Position numbers and translations under genes: made by a program | NCBI RefSeq assembly: GCF_006345805.1 | Contig: NW_021824136.1 | Location: 1-19,627 of the forward strand | Length of the DNA stretch: 19,627 nt | DNA from: Octopus sinensis | Lineage: Eukaryota | Direction of reading: 5' to 3' | In this document: positions 1 through 9,585 of the stretch, in pieces | How the letters are laid out: each line of letters starts with the position of its first letter | Position numbering within the stretch: position 1 is the stretch's first letter | Notes under the pieces: generated by a model | What the model saw: the letters and a program-made list of their open reading frames with translations, nothing else | Database searches by the model: none | Told to the model about the DNA's origin: nothing

Positions 1-98
1 ATGCTTCAAAAAATGTATATCGGAATCAGATTAGAAAGAAATAAATAAAGACAGCATTGTTTTGTGGTACTTTTATGTGCGTGCAGGTGTGTGTGTTG

Positions 99-160
99 TA
101 TATATATATATATATATAATATAGATATATATATATATATTATATATATATATATATTAT
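99..160. repeat. (TA)n microsatellite, interrupted
   Basis: Directly visible dinucleotide run. Confidence 0.95.
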
Positions 161-215
161 ATCACCAAGTGCCACATATTAGACGAGGTTCTTCGTAATA
201 AACAGTGTAGTACAA

Positions 216-262
216 AACGGCGGTGCATCAGCATGGCCGCAGCTCTGAGCTGAAACTAGAGA
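216..262 (+). mobile_element. Isolated 3' tail of a SINE family A variant
   Basis: aacggcggtgcatcagcatggccgcagctctgagctgaaactag plus an A-tail. Resembles the 3' end of the full SINE at 2015-2441 (ggtggtgctccagcatggccgcag...actgaaacaag). Confidence 0.7.
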
Positions 263-528
263 AGAAAAAAAAAAAATTTGTGTTTGTGTGTGTATGTATG
301 TATTTGCAATTGTATGTATATAGATGTGTGTGTATGTATTTTTATTTGTATGATAGAACACTTGTTATGTATGTATGTATGCATGCATGTATGTACACAT
401 ACATACATACATGTATGTGTTATTGTGTAGATATGTATTCATAGATATCTTTCTCTTACTCCGTAAAAATGTATATATATTTACATAAAAATACACATAC
501 ACATATATGTGTGTTATTATATATATAT

Positions 529-580
529 AACGGTGGTGCAACAGCATGGCCACAGCTCTGAGCTCAAACTATAAAAAAAA
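529..580 (+). mobile_element. Second isolated SINE 3' tail
   Basis: 40/45 identical to 216-260, starts at the same base, followed by an A-run. Confidence 0.7.
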
Positions 581-581
581 G

Positions 582-584
<3 letters not shown>

Positions 585-627
<43 letters not shown>

Positions 628-652
628 AGATAGATAGATAGATAGATAGATA
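585..652. repeat. (TA)n followed by (GATA)n
   Basis: Directly visible. Confidence 0.95.
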
Positions 653-839
653 TAGGCAGTGACACATTATGAAAATAGCTTTTGAATGGGACTTCTAAGT
701 TACTTTTGACAGTTAATTTATACACATGTTCATAATGGAAAATATGAGTGTAATTTTAATAATGATAATTAAAAATTGATAATGTTTACAGCAATTTTTG
801 ATACACTTCACCTCTTCCTACCTATTATATTTATTATGT

Positions 840-863
840 TATATATATATATATATATATATA

Positions 864-897
<34 letters not shown>
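840..897. repeat. (TA)n microsatellite
   Basis: Directly visible. Confidence 0.95.
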
Positions 898-899
<2 letters not shown>

Positions 900-1154
900 G
901 TGCATGTATATGGCAATAACAATTAGTATATATCTTAAAGAGATTTAAGGCGTGTTGAAAAAATGGGTGAAGGCTGTTTGGAATAAATGTAATGTTACCA
1001 GAAAAGAATAAGGAATATGAAAGGTGGTAGAATGAAATTGTGAAGATTTGAAGAAGTAGAATGAAATAAGAGAAAGGAGAGAGAGGTGGAAGGGAATGGG
1101 TGGATGAAAGAAGGAATCTAGCTTGCTGGCTACAGAGATAGCTGTCTAGCTTAG

Positions 1155-1241
1155 ATAAATAGATAGATATAGAAAGACAGATAGATAGATAGATAGATTG
1201 ATACATAAATATAGATAATTATCTAGCTTAGATAGTTAGAC

Positions 1242-1331
<90 letters not shown>

Positions 1332-1340
1332 TAAAGATAG
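1155..1340. repeat. (GATA)n array, left of the 1345-1605 insertion
   Basis: Degenerate then near-perfect TAGA units. Confidence 0.9.
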
Positions 1341-1344
1341 ATAT

Positions 1345-1605
1345 GTTTCTTTATTAGCCACACAGGGCTGGACACAGACAGGACAAATTACAAAGTAGAG
1401 CTTTCTTTTTGGGGTAGGTTTTTGACCAAAGGGATCGTAAAAAGGAAAAAGACAAAACAATCAATAGGGATCGTGTATCACAGAAATATCATGATGTAAA
1501 GTGTAAGGGGGGAAGTAGATAAGGTTTATCCATAGAAAGAAAAGCCTATGGAAAAGACCACAGTAACCTCAGTCATTAATGTGACATGTAAACACATTTA
1601 TTTGC
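1345..1605 (-). mobile_element. Probable 3' UTR of a 5'-truncated LINE, embedded in (GATA)n
   Basis: Unique sequence interrupting a GATA array. The minus strand ends ...tttgtcctgtctgtgtccagccctgtgtggctaataaagaaa then (TATC)n, and those 42 nt match the SINE-B tail at 34/42. No coding remnant, so LINE identity is inferred. Confidence 0.6.
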
Positions 1606-1608
1606 AAG

Positions 1609-1609
<1 letters not shown>

Positions 1610-1641
<32 letters not shown>

Positions 1642-1657
1642 GTAGATAGATTGATAG

Positions 1658-1724
<67 letters not shown>

Positions 1725-1752
1725 CTGATAGGTCAATAGATAGACAGATAGA
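1610..1752. repeat. (GATA)n array, right of the insertion
   Basis: Directly visible. Confidence 0.9.
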
Positions 1753-1802
1753 TAGCTGTATATGTTTGTTCTCCACCTCACATGGCAATCAAGGTTGGTC
1801 TA

Positions 1803-1909
1803 TTTACCCACGCCCCTGTAACTTAACAGTGCAACAAAAGACACTGATAAAATAATCAGTGCTGGGATGGATATGTTTGTCTGAAACCCTTCAAGGTGGT
1901 GCTCCAGCA
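1803..1909 (+). mobile_element. Degenerate 3' part of SINE family A
   Basis: cccctgtaacttaacagtgcaacaaaagacactgataaaataa...aaggtggtgctccagca parallels 2269-2372. Confidence 0.6.
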
Positions 1910-2014
1910 CAGGCAACACCAAATACAAAGATAAAACAACGGGGCCTCAAATACCTGGAATTTCCAGACAGAGGGAAAAAAAAAATGACCATTTCTCAGA
2001 TATTCTACAATATA

Positions 2015-2177
2015 GGCGCAGGAGTGGCTGTGTGGTAAGTAGCTTGCTAACCAACCACATGGTTCCGGGTTCAGTCCCTCTGCGTGGCATCTTGGGCAAG
2101 TGTCTTCTACTATAGCCCCGGGCCGACCAATGCCTTGTGAGTGGATTTAGTTGACAGAAACTGAAAGAAGCCTGTCG

Positions 2178-2216
<39 letters not shown>

Positions 2217-2441
2217 TTATGTTTGGTCCCCTAGCATTGCTTGACCACCGATGCTGGTGTGCTTACGTCCCCGTCACTTAGCGGTTCGGCAAAAGAGACC
2301 GATAGAATAAGTACTGGGCTTACAAAGAATAAGTCCCGGGGTCGATTTGCTCGACTAAAGGTGGTGCTCCAGCATGGCCGCAGACAAATGACTGAAACAA
2401 GTAAAAGAGTAAAAGAGTAAAAGAGTAAAGGAGTAAAAGAG
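2015..2441 (+). mobile_element. Near full-length tRNA-derived SINE (family A, Octopus-type)
   Basis: A box TGGCTGTGTGG at 2025-2035, B box GGTTCAGTCC at 2068-2077, internal (TA)n(TG)n and a (GTAAAAGA)n tail at 2401-2441. Several homologous copies in the window. Confidence 0.92.
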
Positions 2442-2804
2442 CAAACAGCACAGTGGAACTCAGCAAGGTTCTCTTAATATTTAATTTAAAAGATTTTACT
2501 GTTTGCGAAATTCTAATGACAGAGCCTTGGTTTGGTTCCTTATTAGAAACCAACCATTTCTTGAAGCAAAGAATTCAAAAAATTCTAAATAAAGTCAACA
2601 TATTTTAAAACATTCAGGCACGCGTGAGTGTGAAACAACAATTTGAATTCTGGAGGAAAATATTTATTTAAAGAAATAATGAAACATAAGTGGTGTATAA
2701 TCATATATACGCTAATGAAATTATATATAATAGCCAGTGTATGTTGAATTTATTTATGCTTTCTTTCCAAATAACTCCTAAACTTGTATTGATGTAAACA
2801 TAGA

Positions 2805-3078
2805 AAGGTGTGTGTGTGTGTGTGTATGTGTGTGTATAGGATGACAATTATGGGAAGTATATAATGTCTGTGTATATAATTTTCATCTATGGATGTTCTT
2901 ACATTTAAATATACTACTAACTACACACACACACACACATATATATAAACTTGTGTGTGTGTAGGTGATTATTATTGATATATATGTGTGTGTGTATGTA
3001 TATATATATATAGATAGATACAGATATATATTTGTGTGTTTATGTATGTGTATATGGAAATATTTATATGTGTGTGTT

Positions 3079-3127
<49 letters not shown>

Positions 3128-3309
3128 CTATGTGTATGAATATAAATATGTATATGTATGTGTATGTGTATGTATATATATAGATATGTGTATGTACAGA
3201 AATATGTATATATATGTGTATACATATTTGTATATATATATGTGTATATGTATATATATATATGGTTGGCGGGGGACAAACTATATGGTTTGTGGGGGGA
3301 CAAACAAAC

Positions 3310-3356
<47 letters not shown>

Positions 3357-3360
3357 TACA
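2805..3360. repeat. Compound (TG)n/(TA)n/(CA)n/(GA)n low-complexity region
   Basis: Source of the spurious YIYI/CVCV ORFs. Confidence 0.85.
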
Positions 3361-3519
3361 CACGAAGGGCTTCTTTCAGTTTCCGCTCACCAAATCCACT
3401 CACAAGGCTTTGGTCGGCTTAAGGTTATAGTAGAGGACACTTGCCCAAGGTACCACGCAGTGGGATTGAACCTGGAACTGTGTGACTGAGAATCAAATTT
3501 CTTACCACACAGCCATGCC
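3264..3519 (-). mobile_element. SINE family A, 5' half (head plus start of body)
   Basis: The reverse complement of 3361-3519 aligns along its length with 2023-2178. A ggggacaaac body motif occurs twice near 3272-3306. Confidence 0.88.
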
Positions 3520-3944
3520 ATACATACGTATGTATGTATGTATATTTTGTGTACACACATAATTCGGTCCGTAATTTTTGTTTGTGTTTATACATTCCCT
3601 TAACCGTCCAGTTATTGTTGATATAATCGTCATCCTTTGTTTTGTTTTTCTTTCTTTTAAACGGAATCTGGATTCTCCTGTCGACTTCGTATAATAAACT
3701 CTTGTCTCAATAACAATTCCATGCACGTATTTACCTAAGTACGACATGCATTATGTCTGTCTGTATGCGTAGAGAGAAAGAACTGGTTGACTTAAAATAG
3801 AAGACGACGGACGCTACGATACGGAAAGAAACATAAATACACATGTCAGTATTTATATGAACCATATGTATGCACACACTAATCTCTCTCTCTCCTTCTA
3901 TCTATCTGTCTCTCTGTCTGTCTCGTGTTAGATCTGTTACTTAT

Positions 3945-4150
3945 TTTCTGGTTTTTGGACTGCGGACCTTGAAAGGTTTACGAGAACTAATCGCTCCCAG
4001 AACTCATTCATATCTGAAGCTGGGTACCTTATTCTATCCGTCACTTTTTGCCGAACCGTAACGTTACGGGGATGTAAACATATCAACTACAATTGTGAAG
4101 CGGTGGTGGTGGGATGGGGGTGGGGGAAAACACAACCATAGACACAAACA
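3945..4150 (-). mobile_element. Old SINE family A, 3' half
   Basis: ttattctatccgtcactttttgccgaaccgtaacgttacggggatgtaaaca is the reverse complement of the body at 2262-2312. Confidence 0.7.
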
Positions 4151-4197
4151 CACACACACATATATACATACACATATACTATTTCTTAAAGCTTATA

Positions 4198-5179
4198 GGC
4201 GGTGAAGTGCATGGACCGCACCCAATTTCGGTTATTTTTATTATTTTTTTTTCTACAGAAACCCACTTTTTCGACTGCGGAGATTCCGAATCTGCAAAAA
4301 AAAAAAAAAAAATTGGCGCTTCAAAATTTTAATTCCCCCTCCCCACCACGCCAAGAGAAGTGAAAAATTGGGGGTGGCGGGATCAAAATTTTGAAATGCC
4401 GATTCTTTTCTTTGCAGATTCGAAATCTCCGCAGTCGAAAAGATGGATTTCTGTAGAAATAAACCAAATAATAATAATAAGTAACTGCAGAATATGTGGA
4501 GATGGAGAAGAAACAATAAATCATATTATCTCTGGATGCCCACTCCTGGCTAAGAAGGAATATATTCACAGACACGACAGAGTTGGGACCTTCATACACT
4601 GGAAGCTGTGCCAACACTATGGAATAATAACAGAAAAAAGATGTTTTAGGCACACGCCAGAAAAGGTCACAGAAATCGAGAAAGCAACCATACTATGGGA
4701 TATGCCAATGCACACAGATAGAGAAATTAAGGCCAATAGGCCAGATATAGTTGTCAGAGATCAAGAAGAAAAAAATGCTTTGTAATTGATGTATCAATAC
4801 CAGCAGATGACAACGTTTCTCTAAAAGAAATGGAGAAACTTTCAAAATACAGAGACCTGGAAATAGAGGTAACTCGAATGTGGAATCTAAAAGTGGACTC
4901 ATTAGGTATGATTAAAAAAATATTCAGACAAATACATAACAAAAACACCAGGACTTACAAATATATATAACATACAGAAAATTACACTACTGGGCATTGC
5001 ACACATCCTACGCAAAACACTTTCAATACAGTAACCATAAGAGCATCCCAGCAAACCACAGCACATACCCAAGGCACACAGAGCTGCGCTCAGTAGTGAA
5101 GTGAAATCACGTGATAAAGATAAGACTACTGAATAATAATAACCGAAAGGGGTTGCGGTCCATGTCCTTTACCTTCGCC
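4198..5179. mobile_element. Foldback (palindromic MITE-like) element of about 330 bp, interrupted by a retrotransposon
   Basis: Left arm 4198-4345 pairs with a right arm made of 4368-4480 plus 5135-5179. For example, cggttatt/catggaccgca on the left match aataaccg/tgcggtccatg after the insertion. No clean TSD seen. Confidence 0.85.
4481..5140 (+). mobile_element. 5'-truncated non-LTR retrotransposon with CCHC knuckle and restriction-like endonuclease (R4/Dong-like), frameshifted
   Basis: CRICGDGEETINHIISGC (C-X2-C...H...C), RPDIVVRD, then after a frameshift IDVSIP...KEMEKLSKYRDLE...LLGIAHILRKTLSIQ* (TAA at 5032-5034). About 100 nt of 3' UTR ending in (TAA)n. Confidence 0.9.
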
Positions 5180-5306
5180 AAACTGTAAAACATCGTGACA
5201 AACTGTTACTCACAGGTTCACGTGACAGCTCGTCAGCTAGTCGTGATAATTCTACGTCATCACAAGTGTCTACCGAAAGGTAACTTCTCATCTGTTGCTG
5301 GAATTT

Positions 5307-5425
5307 CCAGCTGAGTGAACTGGAACAACACGAAGTGTTTTACTCATGAACACCACATACAGTTCGGTTCGGGAATAGAGACAGTGACCTTGCGATCGAT
5401 CATCTGTGCAACACACTAAACCAAT
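5307..5425 (-). mobile_element. Degenerate fragment of SINE family C
   Basis: gctgagtgaactggaacaac... matches gctgagtgaactggagcaac at 8051-8070. Confidence 0.55.
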
Positions 5426-5498
5426 AGGTACCTTTGCAACAAATTGAGTTATAATATAATAAATATTACTGGAGTAGGTGTGTGCTAAGTTAGCACGC

Positions 5499-5900
5499 CG
5501 GCGAGCTGGCAGAAACGTTAGCATGCCGGGCGAAATGCGTAGCCGTATTTCGTCTGCTGTTACGTTCTGAGTTCAAATTCCGCCGAGGTCGACTTTGCCT
5601 TTCATCCTTTCGGGGTCGATAAATTAAGTACCAGTTACGCACTGGGGTCGATGTAATCGACTTAATACCTATGTCTGTCCTTGTTTGTTCCCTCTGTGTT
5701 TAGCCCCTTGTGGGTAATAAAGAAATAGAAATAGGTATTTCGACTGCCGCTACGATCTGAGTTCAAGTTCCGCCGAGGTCGACTTTGCCTTTCATCCTTT
5801 CGGGGTCGATTAAATAAGTACCAGCTACGCACTGGGGTCGATCTAATCGACTGGCTCCCTCCCCACAAATTTCGGGCCTTGTTCCTAGAGTAGAAAAGAA
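5499..5900 (+). mobile_element. Heterodimeric SINE family B
   Basis: ggcgagctggcagaaacgttagc head and B-box-like GAGTTCAAATTCC. The first monomer ends aataaagaaata; a headless second monomer runs 5731-5900 and has a different tail. Confidence 0.9.
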
Positions 5901-6329
5901 TGTGTGTGTATTGTTCCAATTTTTTTTTTTATATTTCCTTACAAATCGAAGCCTATATTTGGAGTGTATTTTCTCTCCGTACTCAGGGAAGAATCAAACA
6001 TAACGACAACAACCCTTGGTCTTCCCCCCCCCCAGACACACACATACACCTGCAACAAACATCACCATCATCATCATCACCAAAATCATATACGGGTGCA
6101 GCCCACCGCCATCACTGCCAACACCAGCACCGCCAGTACTTCAAGCATTAAAAGATAACAAACAAATCTTTACCGTCGAGTTGCTATTCTGTGCTTAACC
6201 CCTCCATGTCTTCACACACACTCACATATAACATGAGATATACATGTATAACTGTTCCTTTGTATATCACGCAAACATCTTATACCTACATTCACACACA
6301 CACATACACACACATATTAGATATATATA

Positions 6330-7290
6330 ATTTCAGCTTCGTCTGTTTTGATTTTTGCCTTCCTCTCTGCTGTCATCTTTCAACGATCTATAATGTTTTT
6401 TGGTTTCTCCGGTTTTTTTTCTTCTCTCCTTATAAAAATCATCCACTTCCTTCTTACAATCTCTTTCATCTATCTCTCCCCTTCCTCCTCCTCCTTTTTA
6501 TTATTATCATCATCATTACTCTCACTACTGCCCTTTCCTCTCTTTTTCTGTTTACGCTCTCTCCTCCCTTTCAATATGTATTCCTTTATTCTCCATCTTA
6601 TATATATATTTTCTACTCAAGCAGTAGATTCTCTCTCTAATCTCTATCTATCTCTCTCTCAATCTTTTATCCCTTCCCATATTCTGATATTCCTTTTCAA
6701 CCTTTATTCTTTATCCACCCAACATTTCTATTACTCGACCCTACATCACTTCATACTCTCTCTATCTCTCTATCTCTCTCCATTCTCTTCCTTTTTCTTC
6801 CGCTATTCCTTTACTCTCGCTCACATTCACTATGTCTTTCATTATATTCTCCATTCATTCTTCTATTCTTGTTTTTAGTTTTTAATATTTCTATTCCATT
6901 CCCATTTTCTCCCCCTTCTCTGTCTTAATCTCTGTCTCTTTCTTCATCCTCTCTTTCTGACTATTCAGTTTTATTCCTGTTCTATTCCATTCTATTCATT
7001 ACATCATTCTCTTTATCCATGTTTTTTCTTTCCTTCTAATTTTCCAGCTCCGTCTTTATTTACTCACTTTTCTTCATTACCTCTATTTTTTTTACATCCT
7101 GGCTCATGTTTTTCTTTTTTTGTATTTTTTTTGTATTCCTAACTCTTTCTTCGATTTCATCATCCTTATTCTCTTACTTATTCCTTCATTCCGTCATTCA
7201 CTTAACTTCACTTATTCACTCATATTTAATCACATCTTTTACTCAGACATCAAATCACTAATATATTTTCTTTCTTTCTTCCCTCATTTT
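6330..7290 (+). repeat. About 1 kb pyrimidine-rich (CT/TTC/TTA) low-complexity tract
   Basis: The plus strand is almost devoid of G; it gives the spurious F/L/S-rich ORFs. Confidence 0.85.
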
Positions 7291-7690
7291 TTTTTTGTAT
7301 CCGATAAAAATAAAGATAAAAATAAAACAAGTCACCTTTACCCGCCAAAACAAAAATAATCATAAAAAAAGAAATTGTAACAAGCAGACGACATAATCAT
7401 TTCGAGTTTAACATTGACAGAAAGAAAATACAAAGGACTGATTCCAGTCTGAAAAACATCTGATGATTACGAAGGAATGCTCCAAAGTTTATTTATCTAT
7501 TTATATTTTTTGTTTATTTAATTATATTTTCGTTTAAACAATAAACCAGTCTTTCCCCCGCCCCACTCACCCCTCGCATCATTTATATTTTTTATCACTT
7601 GAAAGTATGATCAGATTGGGCTTCCGTAATTATGTCTGTCCACTTAGGTCGAAAATTACCATTATTATTCCTACAGAAAAAAAGGTTGTT

Positions 7691-7738
7691 TACGTTCGGA
7701 GTTCAAATCCCGCCGAGGTCGACTTCAATTTTCATTGC
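7691..7738 (+). mobile_element. SINE family B fragment
   Basis: tacgttcggagttcaaatcccgccgaggtcgactt matches 5561-5597. Confidence 0.65.
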
Positions 7739-7841
7739 TGATCGAGAATATCTATGATCAAAGGTGTTCCAACCGTGTCCAGTCCATCAATTTGTTATCT
7801 ATAAATTATACAATTTCTTGGCAATAACGCCTGGGGTCGAC

Positions 7842-8142
7842 TGGCACCCCATCGATTACAATGATGAATGTTTCAGTTGATACGATTAACCGAATTAACC
7901 GAACAGCTTGCTTGTGATATTAACACGCAAGTGGCCGAGTACTCCACAAACACTCGTCCCCTTAACGTAGTTCTCAGGGAGATTCAGTGTGATACAGAAA
8001 TGTGACTAGGCTGGCCCTTTCAGTTACAGGCACAACTCATTTTTGCATTGCTGAGTGAACTGGAGCAACGTGAAATAAAGTGCCTTGCTCAGGGACACAA
8101 CGCGCCGCTAGGGGTCGAACTCACGATTTCACGATCACCGAG
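7842..8142 (-). mobile_element. tRNA-derived SINE family C
   Basis: Minus strand: B box gagttcgaccc, then ttgtgtccctgagcaaggcactttatttcacgttgctccagttcactcagc, a typical post-tRNA SINE segment, then a unique body. Confidence 0.75.
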
Positions 8143-8470
8143 GTCAACTTCGTTTCCCGTCCTTTTGGGGTGGGGTGTGGGGGAACAAAAAAACCTCCTC
8201 GGTGGTCGATTAGCAGAACAGTAAATAACGTTGGACTGTATAATTTGCGATATCTACGTTCTGAGTTCAAATCCTAACATGATCTACATGAATGGGAGAC
8301 TTAATCCGGTTTGATACAGCCGTCTGGTACCTTGGGTACTTTTGGCTCAATCTATTCTGTTGCAAGCATTCGGGTCAAGCTTTTGGTTTTAGGATATTCC
8401 AGATTCATTGGAGACTATAGTAAAATATATTTTATCTTTAATGCCACTGTGTGAACTTGGGATTCACACG

Positions 8471-8870
8471 ATTGCGAAGCGAACATTTTAGCCACCAGCT
8501 ATTTCTGCATTTAGGCTATGATTAAAAAAAAAAAACCAATGACTAAAAAAAACATATCTTTGCAGTCGGATCGAACTCGGTTTTTCGGCGATGGAAAACG
8601 AACTTCTTAAACCACTTGGCCATTCATATTCTGTTGCTACACGGTTGTCTGTGTTGTCTATGTGTGCATATTGCGAAACGAACATCTTAGCCACCAGCTA
8701 TTTCTGCATTCAAGGTATGATAAAAAAAAATGACTAAAAAAAAATATCCTTAAGACGCCACTCAGTCGGATCGAACTCGGTTTTTCGGTGATGGAAAACG
8801 AACTTCTTAAACCACTTGGCCATTCATATTCTGTTGTTACACGGCTGTCTGTGTTGTCTATGTGTGCATA
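8471..8870 (-). repeat. Two tandem copies of an approx. 200-bp unit, each with a tRNA-like A box and B box
   Basis: Units 8471-8669 and 8670-8870. A box TGGCCAAGTGG at 8612-8622 and 8812-8822; B box GAGTTCGATCC at 8568-8578 and 8768-8778. Confidence 0.9.
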
Positions 8871-9585
8871 TGTATTTATGAGAGAGAGAGAGACAGAGAG
8901 ACAGAGACTGAGACAGAGAGTTACTGTGTGTGTGTATATGTGTTGGTTGTGAGAGAGTGAAAAGAATTTCCGGCACAAACCTTGAAATCCTGCTTTTTCA
9001 AGGAGGCAACACTTGTTCTACGAAGGTTTCAGGTCACCTGTATTCATTAAAAGACATTTTTCTACGACTTCTTTCAATCGGTCTCAATGAACATTATATC
9101 ATGTCTCACTCTACAGCACAACACTTCTACCACTTTCTTCGCTCTCTTCCTCCCCCCCTCTCACTCTCTCTCTCTCTCTCTCTTTATCAAGTTCATCTAT
9201 TTAATTTTCATTGTCATCATTCTATTTGCTCCGAACGAAACTGCCAGTTCCTGCTTACATCCATTATCAATGAACCGCCGCCAACATCACCACCGTTGCC
9301 AAACAATAGCACAGTTAATCCTCTTCCCTCTCCCCTTCACTCAATCTTCCTCCTCCTCCTCCTCCTCCTCATCTCTTCTCTTCGTTGTCGTTTTTCTTTC
9401 TATAAAAGGTTTTGTTCCACTCTTCTCCGACTTCTCAAATTAACCGACAGCAAACCTCCATTCGCCATCTTTCTTCTCGGCGAACGTTTTAATTTAATAT
9501 TAAAGACAGTAAAAGCAAGTGGGGAAATGGACAGAATCGGAAGAGCATCGGGACAAAATGCCTAGCAATATTTAACTGCGGCAGA

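Noticed and set aside
2883-3489. ORFs of 90-156 aa rich in YI/CV
   Set aside because: Dinucleotide microsatellites and SINE sequence; no domain.
4360-4785. 141-aa ORF as a functional zinc-knuckle gene
   Set aside because: It is chimeric: the N-terminus is foldback DNA, the rest a truncated retrotransposon frame that frameshifts within the endonuclease.
5900-6158. His-run and Ser/Thr-rich ORFs
   Set aside because: Derived from CAT/CAC trinucleotide repeats.
6191-6878. Hydrophobic 149- and 176-aa ORFs resembling membrane proteins
   Set aside because: F/L/S bias follows directly from the pyrimidine-rich low-complexity tract.
7460-7480. CTGATGA...GAA hammerhead-like core (similar partial hits near 17665-17690 and 18845 on the minus strand)
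   Set aside because: No stem II closing onto GAAA and no stems I/III; the cores are incomplete or mis-spaced.
8568-8622. Possible tRNA genes in the tandem unit and in SINE heads
   Set aside because: A and B boxes are present but I cannot fold an acceptor stem or cloverleaf.
8471-8870. CRISPR-like or other prokaryotic repeat-spacer system
   Set aside because: Only two long units, no unique spacers, no cas genes, and the context is clearly eukaryotic.
8930-9565. Longest ORF in the window (211 aa)
   Set aside because: It stays open across CT-, CCT- and TC-repeat tracts, starts in a TG repeat and has no recognisable motif.
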